Below the pieces are notes generated by a model. It saw nothing but the letters and a program-made list of their open reading frames with translations, was not told the origin of the DNA and did no database searches. Below are positions 13,384-25,941 of a stretch of 48,402 nt of DNA, piece by piece. This DNA is from Octopus bimaculoides (lineage: Eukaryota), in the NCBI RefSeq assembly GCF_001194135.2, contig NC_068991.1, positions 40,107,800-40,156,201 on the forward strand, given 5' to 3'. A program made the translations under genes and the position numbers. How positions within the stretch are numbered: the first letter of the stretch is position 1; each line of letters starts with the position of its first letter.

Positions 13384-13524
13384 AAGTTCAAATTCCGCCG
13401 AGGCTGACTTTGCATTTTATCCTTTCGGAGTTGATAAAATAGGTATCAGTTGAACACTGGGGTTGATGTAATCGACATACCCCTCCCCTAAAACTGCTAG
13501 CCTTGTGCCAAAATTTGAAGCCAT

Positions 13525-13563
<39 letters not shown>
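13384..13563 (+). mobile_element. SINE family A, 5'-truncated, with (TAA)n tail
   Basis: gttcaaattccgccgagg core through ccttgtgccaaaatttgaagccatta, then (TAA)n. Confidence 0.85.
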
Positions 13564-13564
<1 letters not shown>

Positions 13565-13649
13565 TATAAAGGAATGAGGTAACTCCTCCTGAAGATATAG
13601 AGTCAAAATTAAAAGAAGAGTGCCATTGGTATCTAGTGAACGATATTTG

Positions 13650-13880
13650 GTTCATATAGAAAGTTGAAGACACACAAGATGTCGAAATATCGTTCACAGC
13701 GGTGTGCTACGTAACGTGTTCTTTCTCTGATTACTGAGGTGGTGGTAGAAAGATTGTCATATAGTCGCTGCTTTGTAAGGTGTTGCTGCCAAAAATGGCT
13801 GAGAACTACACGAAGCATTCTCGTGTATGAACCATCAAGCATCTTTCCAAGTCTTTTGTGCAGTGTCCAGACTGAAGAGT
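13650..13880 (-). mobile_element. RTE-type LINE C-terminal fragment
   Basis: FLYDSSVWTLHKRLGKMLDGSYTRMLRVVLSHFWQQHLTKQRLYDNL..VIRERTRYVAH matches the RTE motif LLYGSETWTL..RLDGCYTRMLR..SWQQH. Confidence 0.75.
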
Positions 13881-14149
13881 CATAGAAATGTACTGTATAA
13901 CTAAACTTAATAAATAATAAAATCTACTACCTAATATAGTAAAAAAAAAACATAGTAAATCCAAAATTCCCGAAATGCGAATGATGTTCATATACTTTGA
14001 AGGTTATTGTCTATAGAGAAACCCGATGAAAATCATTTTTGCATATTTATTCTATGTATTCTGTTGGTTTTTTCCCCCCACTAATTCTTCCGAAGATGAG
14101 ACAGCAAAACAACACTATTAATACATTTCCAAAGATGCGTTCATTGTTG

Positions 14150-14450
14150 CATCCAAATTCCTGGACAAAGTGAGGATGTTGAAACGGAGTAGAAATTATT
14201 TCGTTCGACTATACGATGCTGTGGATGAAAGCTGCTCAATGTGGCGCCAAGTAGTAAAAGAACCCGCGGGTATAACCAGGAAGTTAAAGACGACAAGCGA
14301 GCAAAGAAGTTACTTACAAAGTTTCGCTTGGAAAAAGTCTCTCCGTTTGCTATGGCAGTACACTGAAGCACAAAAAGTTGCAAAAGGGACGGTAAAACCG
14401 TCCAAGGATGTCATAAGAGGACTTTGGGGGTTAAGCTGGACTTTGACTAA
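14150..14450 (+). mobile_element. RTE-type LINE fragment (endonuclease-RT tether)
   Basis: With stops: SEDVETE*KLFRSTIRCCG*KLLNVAPSSKRTRGYNQEVKD..AKK resembles DIETEW..F..CG..RTPWWNQEVK. Confidence 0.55.
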
Positions 14451-14764
14451 ATAAAGTATTTTGGCAGACCAATATCTCATAATGTAAATATTCTCTAAAT
14501 TGATTCCTTAAAATCTATCATCTGAACTAAACAGAATAATACTAAAGTTGGGGTGAAGAATCGAAGAATAATTTTGTTTTGTTTTGTTTTTGCTTATGGA
14601 AGATGAAAACTGCATTCTAAAGAATGGTAAATGGTTAGAGATTTCCACACATATCGCCCAGACAACAAAAACGAACACTAAAATAAGCTTAGAAATAACC
14701 AAATATTTCGTCTTTGAACAAAAACACACGCACACAAAGACCACCTCTACCTTATAAGATCCAA

Positions 14765-14821
14765 CAAGCACGCACACACACACACATACACATGCACTTT
14801 TCTCTCTCTCTCTCTCTCCCC

Positions 14822-14857
<36 letters not shown>

Positions 14858-14890
14858 ATCTCTATCTATCTCTCTATCTCTATCTATCTC
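14765..14890. repeat. (CA)n/(CT)n/(CTAT)n compound microsatellite
   Basis: Direct reading. Confidence 0.9.
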
Positions 14891-14914
14891 TGGTTATGTA
14901 GATGTGTATGTGTG

Positions 14915-15140
14915 TCTTATTTTATTCTTTTACTTGTTTCAAACATTGGATTGCGGCCATGCTGAAACAACGTCTTGTGGGTTTAGTAGATTTATCAATC
15001 GAAACTAGTATTTATTTTAACTCTGATACTTATTCTATCCGTCTATTTTGCTGAATCGCCAAGTTAGGAGAATGTTAAATTAACCGGTTATCGCTGTTAA
15101 GCGAGGGTGGCTCAAGTACAAACACGAACACGCACACTTA
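14915..15140 (-). mobile_element. SINE family B, 3' half
   Basis: cttttacttgtttc..tgcggccatgctg..tacttattctatc..tttgctgaatcgccaagtta..gttaagcga aligns with 22085-22290. Confidence 0.75.
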
Positions 15141-15616
15141 TATACATACACACACACATACATACATACAAATGTACGACAACCTTCACACATTTTCCGC
15201 GTACCAAATTCATAGACATTAGTCGGTCAAAAATTCATGCCTGTATACATACATACATACATACATACATACAAAATAACCTATTGTTGATGTTGAAATT
15301 CCAATGAAGGAACCTTGGATCTAGGTTAGAAACCGATTCTTTCTCTATTGGCAAAAAAAAATCTTGAAATAAACTGAATAATGACATACATACATACATA
15401 CATACATACATACACATATGTGTACACACCCACACACACACACACACACACACACATACAAACATACCTACATATGTGTGTGTGCGCGTGTGTATGTGTA
15501 TGTGTGTGCCTGTCTGAAGAGTGTGACGGCAAAAGAAGAAGTGAAAGGGGAAGAGAGAGAGAGACAGAGAGAGACTGAGTAAAATATACATGACGCTGGC
15601 AACCAGCTACATTCAT

Positions 15617-16523
15617 ATAGGCGGTGCGTTCAAAAAGTAGCCGACTTTATTTCTCGCCAAAACTAATACTGCGTGAGCAAAATCTTTTGAGTGAGAGGTG
15701 ACGCCACCCTTCCTGCGCATGCGTAAAAATTTCGCGTCGGTAGTCTGTTTCAGTTCCAGGTTGTTACATCTAGAATACAGGTGTGTCGTGCGCGCTAGTC
15801 GGGTTTTAGTTTTCCCCGAATGCATCGAGCAGTGATATTGCATCAAGTTTTGCCAAAAACTAAGTGATACTCGGGATCAAGCTATCCGGAAGATTCAGCA
15901 GGCCTTTAGTGATGATGCCCTGGGAAAATTCAGATCAAGGAGTGGTGCAACCGCTTCAAGCATGGCTGTATCTCAGTAGAGAGCGTTGCTTGCTTAGACA
16001 CGTCACCCACAAGCCGGAACGAGAAGCCGATTAAGGAAGGATCGGCGAATAGTCATGGAAGACCGTCGTGTAACAGTCCAAGAAGTTACTCGCGAAGTGG
16101 GAATACGTACAAAATCAGAGCATTCCACTTTAACGGAGGATTTGTGCCTGTAGAAAGTGTCGGCGAAATTCGTTCCCCAGATGCTGCGGGAATAGCAGAA
16201 GCAACTCTGCGTGGAATTCGCTCAGGACATGCTGGACTGTGCAAACCATGATCCAAATTTCATGAAATCCATTAACACTGGTGACGAGACATGCTTTTGT
16301 AGTTTCTACTCGATGCGTTCTGTAATTTTACGTGAAAACGAAAGTCCGGCAAGTTCGTACTACACGTCTGTGCTTTAGGCGTAACAACTGAGAACTGATG
16401 GGGCCTACTGACGCGAAAATTTTCGCGCATGTGCAGGAAGGATTATGTCACATCTCACCCAAAGGATTTTGCTCACGCGGCATTAGTTTTGGCGGAAAAG
16501 AATAAAGTCGGATACTTTTGAAC
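15617..16523 (+). mobile_element. Non-autonomous mariner with long (~205-218 bp) inverted repeats
   Basis: Arms 15628-15832 and 16306-16523 are reverse-complement homologs. The interior translates IEQ*YCIKFCQKL..EDRRVTVQEV..KVSAKFVPQML..NFMKSINTGDET (transposase up to the first catalytic Asp). Confidence 0.88.
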
Positions 16524-16809
16524 AAAAGGGAGATAAAAAAAAAATAATGATGTGGATTAGATTAATGCAAATAAATAATAACAAAACACACAAAAAACCG
16601 GAAAATCTTGGCAAGTTACAAAAGATACAAATCAAAATATAATGTCGTAGTCAAAGAGAAGGAAACATAAAAAAAAAGGAAATTATCACAGAATTAGATT
16701 TGATAGAACTCTCTTTAAGTTTGAGAGCGTTTGTGTAGATTATTCCAGGAGAATGGACAGGTAATTGTCAGTGGTTACAAAACCAAAATTTCGGTAGAAA
16801 TAGAGAAAT

Positions 16810-17165
16810 AATTCTTTCTGATATTTGGCACAAGTCCAAGAGTTTTAAGAGAATGGAATGGTTCTTATTTTATGGAAGCCCAAAAGGACGAATGACAAAG
16901 TCGACCTCGAACTCAGAACGTAAAGATGGAAGAAATGCCGCTAAGCATTTTGTCCAGTGTGCTAACGATACTGCTTGGTTGCCAACTTTAATGGTTTCAA
17001 CTTTTGGCACGAGGCCAGCAATTTTTGGTGAGAGGTAAGTTCGATTACATCGATGCCAAATATTCTATCGACCCTGAAAGGATGAAAGATAAAGTCAACC
17101 TCGGCGACATTCGAACTCAGACCGTAAAGCTGGTAGAAATGCCACAAAAGATTTCGTTCGGCGTA
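16810..17165 (-). mobile_element. Two head-to-tail SINE family A copies
   Basis: Two successive ttggcac(a/g)ag..aaagtc(g/a)acctcg..gaactcaga..aaatgcc units at about 16810-16985 and 16990-17165. Confidence 0.8.
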
Positions 17166-17810
17166 TTAAAAGCGTACAAAAACATGGCGAATGTAATCCT
17201 TTCACATTTCTTATACAGCAGGAATGAAAAGGATTATAAGAGAGTCACCCGTCACCTGCAAACGAGTAAAGTTTGGCAACATGTACCATGTTTTCGTTAG
17301 ATGTTTTAAGTGGCTGTGTAGTCGCAAGCAGATATAAACTCCTTCTCGGCTCTCCCACCCTTTCACCTAGCAATCCAGACACGATGTGACAGCTAGACAG
17401 ACAGACAGCGTGCGAGAGACAGAGAGACAAAGACAGACAGACAGAACTGCACAAGCACTCAACTGTTACTTATTTTCAGCCGAGTTGACCGGAGCAACGT
17501 GAAATAAAATATATTTACGGACACTGATGGTCCAGAACGTCTTATAACCCGCACTAATGTTAGAATAGAAACTTCAAATTACCGCGGCTGCCAGACTAGT
17601 TTACTGATACTTTGCGCAGATTGGTACCTTGCGCAGTAGAGTATTAATAATTTTTCATCATTTATACAAATGTACAGGTAAATACATCCTCTGCATCGGA
17701 AAAATCAGTTATCTGGAAATGTTTTGGAACCAAAAGTTCCGGAAAATTAATGTTGTACATGTACCTTGCTGAAAAAGACCCAATGCGCCGCCTTATCCAG
17801 GAATACTAAT

Positions 17811-17855
17811 CCTAGTGGTTAGTATTCGGCTATGAGCCGAATACTAACCACTAGG
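17811..17855. repeat. Perfect inverted repeat, 21-bp stem with 3-nt loop
   Basis: CCTAGTGGTTAGTATTCGGCT-ATG-AGCCGAATACTAACCACTAGG. Confidence 0.97.
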
Positions 17856-18729
17856 CCAACGTCTTTACGAAAAGGATAGCAGAGTAATCAGAAAAGAATT
17901 ACAGTGACTTTGTAACTTCGATCTAAAAATAGAAACAAGAAACTCCGTCAAGAGTATAGCTTACTCGAGAAACATTAAATTATTTAGACATGAGACGGGA
18001 CTGAGCTATATGCAAACACCACTAAATCAGAACAGAAAATAAATTGTCTAAATCTTCACTAAAATCTATCACTAAAAGTAAACCAGAATCCGTTAGAAGA
18101 TATGTGGGAGCTGACAGAGAAATAAATAATAATCAACATTAGGAAGGATTAGCAAAACTGATCCAACGATACCTTTTGGTTAGAACATTGCAACAGAAAA
18201 AAATGTCGTATGAGGCGATGAGTGGGCACGAGTCAGAGAAGGTAAACTAGAAAGCTATGTTATCTAAACTTGTTATACGTAAAGAATTTAAATCTAACTA
18301 AACTGGAACAATATCCAAATGTGAGCTGTAAAATTAAATTACAAAGTGGAATCCTTGAAATGAGTACGGAAATCGATGGAAGATGTTAGCATCTTTGTGT
18401 CACCCACTCCCCTACGAATAAAAACAAAATTACGTTTTTAAGTAAATAGACACATGAATAGAGTAAGAGATTTGCAATATTTAAGAAAAGGGGAAGAGGA
18501 ATATAAAAAAAGGGGGAAACAAAATCGAACTAAATTCAGTGACATAATAGATTTTAGTGAAATAGAAGAGATTTTGGAGATTCCGAGAATAAACGATAAA
18601 ATCGAAGTGGTTTAACGAGAAAAGTAGAGGGGAAAACAGGGAGAACGACTGCAAAATAATGTGTACACATATATGCGCGTGTGAAGACAAGTTTATCTTG
18701 ACGTACGCAAATGCAGGCAATGTGGTAGC

Positions 18730-18882
18730 TACACACGCACACACACACACACACACACACATACATATATACATATATANNNNNNNNNNNNNNNNNNNNN
18801 NNNNNNNNNNNNNNNNNNNNNNNNNNNNNNNNNNNNNNNNNNNNNNNNNNNNNNNNNNNNNNNNNNNNNNNNNNNNNNNNNN

Positions 18883-18926
<44 letters not shown>

Positions 18927-20044
18927 ATAACTACATGTATACATAGATGCAAGCATGCTTGTGTGGGGGCACAAAAGATACAGCATGACTTCATATACAT
19001 GTAAACGAAATTCAGTCAAATGATCATGCCACTCGCGCACATGCATTAATACACAATGTATACATATATACATGTGTGTGTGTGTGTGTATGTGGTTGCT
19101 TGTGTGTGTGTGGTTGCGTGTGTGTGTGTGAATGTGTGTGAAGGTGTGTGAAGGTGTGTGTGTATGTATCTGTGTATATTATACATACACATGTGTGTAT
19201 ATATATGTGTTAATGTATATATATATATATATACATGGAAGTATATACCCCATACATACACTAATACATAGACACAAACATACATACATAATACATAATA
19301 CATATACACACACATACATACACACACACACACATACATACATACATACATACATACATACATACATACAAACATACATACAAACATACATATATAACCG
19401 CTTCCACACACACACATATACATTTCATGAAATCAACAGAAGTGATAGGAACGCAATATGTTTCTGATAAAGTAGCAAGAGAAAACACCAACTTAAACAA
19501 AATAATCACAAGAATATCAGCAGCATTAACAACAACAATGATACAAAAAAAAAAACAAGAATAATATCAACAACAACAATAACAAAAGCAATAATAATAA
19601 TACTAATACTAAGAAGGATAATCAAATGAAATATAAGGAAGAATATCAAGGGGAGAAATATTAAAAGACCGAAAGAAAGAAAGAATGACAGCGAGAAAGA
19701 GAAATAAAATCATGAAAAAAAAAAAAAAGAAATAGTACGAAGAGGGGAAAGTTTATATTTATTTATTTATTTATTTATTTACTTATTTATTTGTAATGGG
19801 TGTTTGAGTTGACAATTGTAAGANNNNNNNNNNAAAGAAAGATTTTACTGCTACCGACTTGTCTTGCAAGATGGCGAAAATCTTTTGCTAGGATGGTAAT
19901 TCTAGTTACTTCTTCACGTTGAATAAGGTAAGGAACCATGCTTATATGTTTATACTCTAGCATTCGCGAGAAGAAAGCATCGTACGCTAGTTCATGCATT
20001 TGTGTGTTTGTTTGTGTGTGTATGTGTGTGTGTGTGTTGTGTGC

Positions 20045-20123
<79 letters not shown>

Positions 20124-20189
20124 GTATGTATGCATGTATGTATGTATGTAGATATATATATATATGTATGTATATATGTGTGTGTATAC

Positions 20190-20232
<43 letters not shown>

Positions 20233-20641
20233 TAGATGTACGTTTATGTATATATATGTGTATATATATATTTCCACATATATACATACATATATATACA
20301 AATATGTTTATATATATATATATATGTATACATACATACATACATACATACATACATACAAATACACATACTCATTTATGTAAATATGCGTGTACAAAAT
20401 ATATTTGCGTGTGATCACGTGTCTCTATAGATATAGAGACACACAGACACACACATACTTATTGACATGTATATATGCATATGAAATGACATATGCATAC
20501 ATGTACATATATATATATATATATATATATTTAATATTATATACATACATAAGCGTATATTTAAGTGTGCCATTTTCTGAGATACTGTGTATGCGCTGTG
20601 TGTGTGTGTAGTGGAAGAATATATACCTATAAAGGTGTGTG

Positions 20642-20685
<44 letters not shown>

Positions 20686-21226
20686 TACATGTATATATTC
20701 ATGTGCGTGTCAACCAGCGCTCACTGCACATTGATTATGTTTACACAGACTCTATGCATATATTTACACACCTATGTACATACTCATATACTAACAAATA
20801 CACACCCACTGTCCATTAGTGAGGAAGTAAAAGGAAAATTCACAAAGCATCAATCAGAGCCTATCGATCGATTCGTTTCGAATATCTTTGGCACTCACAC
20901 ACATACACACGCACATACATACATACATGCACACACATACATATGAACGTTTATTCACACAGCCAGTTGTATACTAACACGTGCTTATAAGTATGTGTGT
21001 GTGTGTGTGTGCGCGCGAATGTAGCCATGTTTGTGTTTGCATATACAAAGATATTCGCAAACGCCTGTGGATGCTTGCAATCACATAGGCTCTTAAACAC
21101 TAAATTCAAGAACGCATGCATTACGTTCTCCACACATACAAGCCTTCCTCTACAAACACACATCTCTCACACACTGACACACATAGATACACACACACAC
21201 ACAAACACACAAGCACAGATACACAC

Positions 21227-21260
<34 letters not shown>
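18730..21260. repeat. Microsatellite-rich block: (CA)n, (TA)n, (CATA)n, (TG)n, with two N-gaps
   Basis: Direct reading. The overlapping YI/HT/CV ORFs are translations of these repeats. Confidence 0.9.
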
Positions 21261-21267
<7 letters not shown>

Positions 21268-22084
21268 CATACTCTCACGCCCATATTTATTATTCCTATA
21301 TGTGGACATACGAACTCATGTTACACAACTACATAATCTCAGGTATACTTATTTGCATAACCACACGCATAGGTGTATGTGCTCCACACAACACATATAC
21401 GAAGAGAAGAAAAGAAAGAAAAAAGGAAGAAGAGGGGCACGCTTCCATTGGAAATACTTGTGATCCGGGTCATAAAATCAATACCATTCAACCTACATGA
21501 AAATGAACAAATAAAATGGTGCGTTGGGTTGACAGTGAAGGTGAAGTGTAAGCTCAAACGTTGCAGTGCGTAATCCTGAGCTTCAGGTTTTTGATTTCAA
21601 ATTCCACCAAAGTCGATGGATTTTCCCTTCAATGCACGAAAATATCCACAAGGCGTTACCTTTTAATGAGGCAAAATATTGTTGCTAAACTTATTGACAG
21701 TATTAGTCAGAGGAAGAATTTGTCTGATGGTTATACCAAAGAATTATCAGGACTGGAATGTATCCATTTTTTTTTTTTTTTTAATAGAATAGTAGTTGAA
21801 GATTTCAATAAAAAAAAATCGATCTGATGCAAAGATTACAGATTTGATATTATTGTTGGGAAAAGAATCAAGTTATGCAATGTTGCCAGGTCAGCTGCAT
21901 AGCAGATACAAATGTCTAATCAACTATGATGAAATAAAGCGAAACTTATGGCTCTTGTATTCTGATTAAAAGTGCAAGTATTATCGGAAGTGCACTGGAT
22001 TCTATATCAATGTATTTGCCGAAAAGCTTAAAATTGCTTTGAATTTTTCCAAAACGAAAAATTTCTTCAAATTCAGAATAAAGT

Positions 22085-22644
<560 letters not shown>

Positions 22645-22749
22645 CTGTATATTGTGCATGTATACAACTCGCATCAAAGATTGTGAGGTTGTGTAGTGTA
22701 GTTCTTGTGTCTTTAGTTAAATGTGTTTGAATGGTATTAAAACAAGAAA

Positions 22750-23300
22750 GCCCAACGATTGTATATTCGTTGCTGTAGGAGAAGGCAGCGTTGTCCTATC
22801 TATATTGGAGGATGTTTTCGAAATTCCAGTTTAATTATTCAGTCTAGTGCCTATATACTGATGTTTAAAGAGGTGTGTAGAGAGGTATCATCAACCTTGA
22901 ACAGGATGTTGCTGGGACTAACAGCAAGTAAGTAATTAATGAGTAGAAGAGTGAGTATGGAATGTGCGTGATGAATGTGTCAGTATGGAGTTGGCAGTAA
23001 ATTGGGTGGAAAACATATTGGTTTTATCTGCAAAAGTGGCACTTAGATGTCCTGTTTACAAATACAAACAGTTCAGAATAAATTATTCAGCTTCTATCCC
23101 CACGGAGAGGTTGTGGGGAGACCCTGAAAGTCAAGAAAAGTTGTATCAACGAGTCAATATAATCGGTAGATGGAGGATTTCGAGTTCTGGTAAGTTTGAG
23201 ACAGCTGCTGGATTTAGAGATCATACAAGTTTATGGGTGAGAAATTTGTATCTCAAAGAGGAATAACATTTTTCATCTTAGCAGTTGATGGTAGGTAGGA
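22750..23300 (-). mobile_element. Highly decayed CR1/L2-like LINE remnant
   Basis: Patches such as AVSNLPELEILHLPII and DKTNMFSTQFTANSIL resemble the APE and tether motifs (KAELFAxxFAxNSTL). Many stops. Confidence 0.4.
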
Positions 23301-23324
23301 TCAAGGTTGAACTTACGTCCACTG

Positions 23325-23735
23325 ATATTGGTTTCAAATTTTGACACGCGGCCAAAAATGTCGAGGGCGTAGTTAAATCAATTACTTTTTATCAACCCCG
23401 AAAAGTAGAAAAGCAAAGTCGACTTCAGCAGAATTTAAACTAAGAACATAAAGACGGCCGAAATTTAACTAATCCTTTTGCCTGGTGTGCTAACGATTTT
23501 GCCAGCACACTGCCTTTTTAATAATCCTTTCTTATCGGCACAAGGGCTGAAATTTGGTGAGAAGAGGCTAGTCGGTTATATCGCTTCCAGTGCTCTACTG
23601 GTATTTATTTTATCGAGTCCTAAAGGGAAGAAATGCAAAGTCGACCTCGGCGGAATTTGAACTCAGAACGTAAAGATGTATAAAATGCGGCCAACCATTT
23701 CTCCCGGTGTGCTAATGATTCTGCCAGCTTGCCTT
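23325..23735 (-). mobile_element. Two head-to-tail SINE family A copies
   Basis: Units at about 23325-23515 and 23520-23735, each with aaagtcgac..gaattt(a/g)aact..gtgctaa.gatt.tgccagc. Confidence 0.82.
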
Positions 23736-25941
23736 CATCTACAGATATTGATGTGAAAGAGGGTAAATTGTTCAGCAGTTTTATCCTTTACTTTAACGAA
23801 ATATTTTAATAATTTGGAATATGCGATACAAGAGGAAGAGGAAACTATAATCCTTGGCTGATTTCCGTAATTGATGTTCTAGCTAAACGATTGTGTCCCA
23901 GTAGGCATCTTAGAATCCTGAAGGACGGGACACTAATAAAGACCTGGAGAAAATGAGATATGGGTTAGGGATCCTGTCTGATAGTGGGTCTTTTGGAAAC
24001 ATACTAGTATACTCTTTAATCAGTGAGCTTTTTTTAACCACTTAATCTTTAGAAGAGAGAATTAGTTTTATAATCCAGTTTACATAGGAGTTAATAAAAG
24101 GTATATCGCTTATGTATATCATGAAAACAGTCGGTTATAGGTTTTAGAAGAATAAGGTCGACAAAATTATCGAGAACAGTATTCAAATTTCATTGAACAT
24201 TCTTCTACACCCGAACGTCTGGTTTTCCGATGCCATTATCAAATACAGAAAACAATGTGCTGGAGTGATTAGCAGCCTAATTCAACGTCGTTATTTAATT
24301 CGAAATCAGTAAGAAGGAAAATGTTTATGGGCAATTATCACGAACCCTACAACCTTATTTTGTTGATTATAAATTTGCATGCGTACCTAACATGTATTTG
24401 GTTATGCTACATCTAAACATTTGGTTATGCTACAAAATACTTAAACAAAGTTCTAGAAATTTCCAATTTTCAGACAATAAAAAAGAATATATAATTGTTG
24501 GCTTCAAATTTAATCTATCAACGCATCTGTGGTAACAAGTAAGATTTTGTAAATTTTAGCATGGAACTAGGAAGAGCTCTTCATTTCATCTTATAATGAT
24601 AGTGCTCTGGTTCTTAGAACTATTTTCTTTCTTCAAAAGAAAATATGAAAACACACACATGCAACCTGTATAGACAGACATGTATATACGTACATACATT
24701 TGTGTGTGTGTGTGGGTGTGTGTGGGTGTGTGTGATAACATCTGAAGGCCATTAAAACAGACCGAACTCATAACTAACTCTTCCTATCTTCCCTTCGTAC
24801 TTTCATCACTGTTTGCGTCGGTTTTATTAACTCTTCTTCCCTTTAATTTTTAATTATCCAACTTTCCTAATAGCTTTTGCGAATTAATTAAAATACGGAA
24901 AAATAAAAACTACTTAAAACCTCACGCTGTGTCATTCACAGAACAATTTTATTATTTCAGAAAAGCTTGGCGTTGTATGAAAAGAGCAGTTCTTTTGCGA
25001 GAATTTTATGTACGTCCTGTGAAGCTATGCAATATCTCATTGTTTTCGGCGTGGGGAGGGGGGTATTTTGAGCTATACATACAAACTTTTGTTCTCATAT
25101 ATTCTTAATAAGGCCAAATGCCATTTGGCAACATACGTTTATTTATTTGACATTTTCTTGCACGTTGATTTCTTTAAACTTGCCACAAGGCATCAATTTA
25201 ATAAGAGTATGTTATAAATTATTATATATTTCATACATTTCCCAAAGGCAATATCTCTACAAGGGAAGTTCGATAGTTTCATACAGGAATCGAAACCAGA
25301 CTTTTCATTTGGCACCTTGAGGAGCGTTAACATTATTTTGTTCTATGAATTGCCTTTAGTTGAAGCACATAAGGTCTTTCTTGTAGGCGAAGAAGAATAT
25401 AAACTGAAAAGGTATTAAGCCCAGAACAAAATTTGGATAGCGAGTAAGGTTTGCTGGAAGATTATATTATGCGGTAGGCGATCGTATCGGCGTCTTCTGA
25501 TGTATGTTATGTTGAATCACTTTCTTTTTCTTTTTTCCCTCTCCCTTCTCCTCTTCATTGTTACATACTTCTAATATTGTTGATATCGTGATCAACACTT
25601 GAAGTGGGTTTTTTGCTTGTTTTTAAAGACAAATTGATGTTTCTAACATTGCTTGCATATATGTTAACCCCGAGAATATCCATCCCACTACCTCGAAGCT
25701 GTTATAATGTGAATCCTCGTCCACATGTATGTTGTCGGCACTGTGATCTTCGTGTCGCCACTATTATGTTGTGTCGGTATTCCGCGTATTATCTTTGACT
25801 CGTCTATCGTGCCATCGCTGGTAGCTCCGCAAGATAACTTTGAAACATCTACTTTGATGGTAATTCGAACTCGTATACATCATGTAACTGACACTGACTC
25901 CAACTGAGAACTCGTAGAACGACCTTACTACTACTGACCTG

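Noticed and set aside
13636-13697. 13-bp inverted repeat GTGAACGATATTT with a 36-nt loop
   Set aside because: It lies within or at the edge of a decayed RTE fragment whose frame seems to read through; no further structure.
24450-24464. Three-unit HSE gTTCt aGAAa tTTCc
   Set aside because: A minimal nine-base match is expected about once by chance in this much AT-rich DNA, and there is no properly spaced TATA or Inr.
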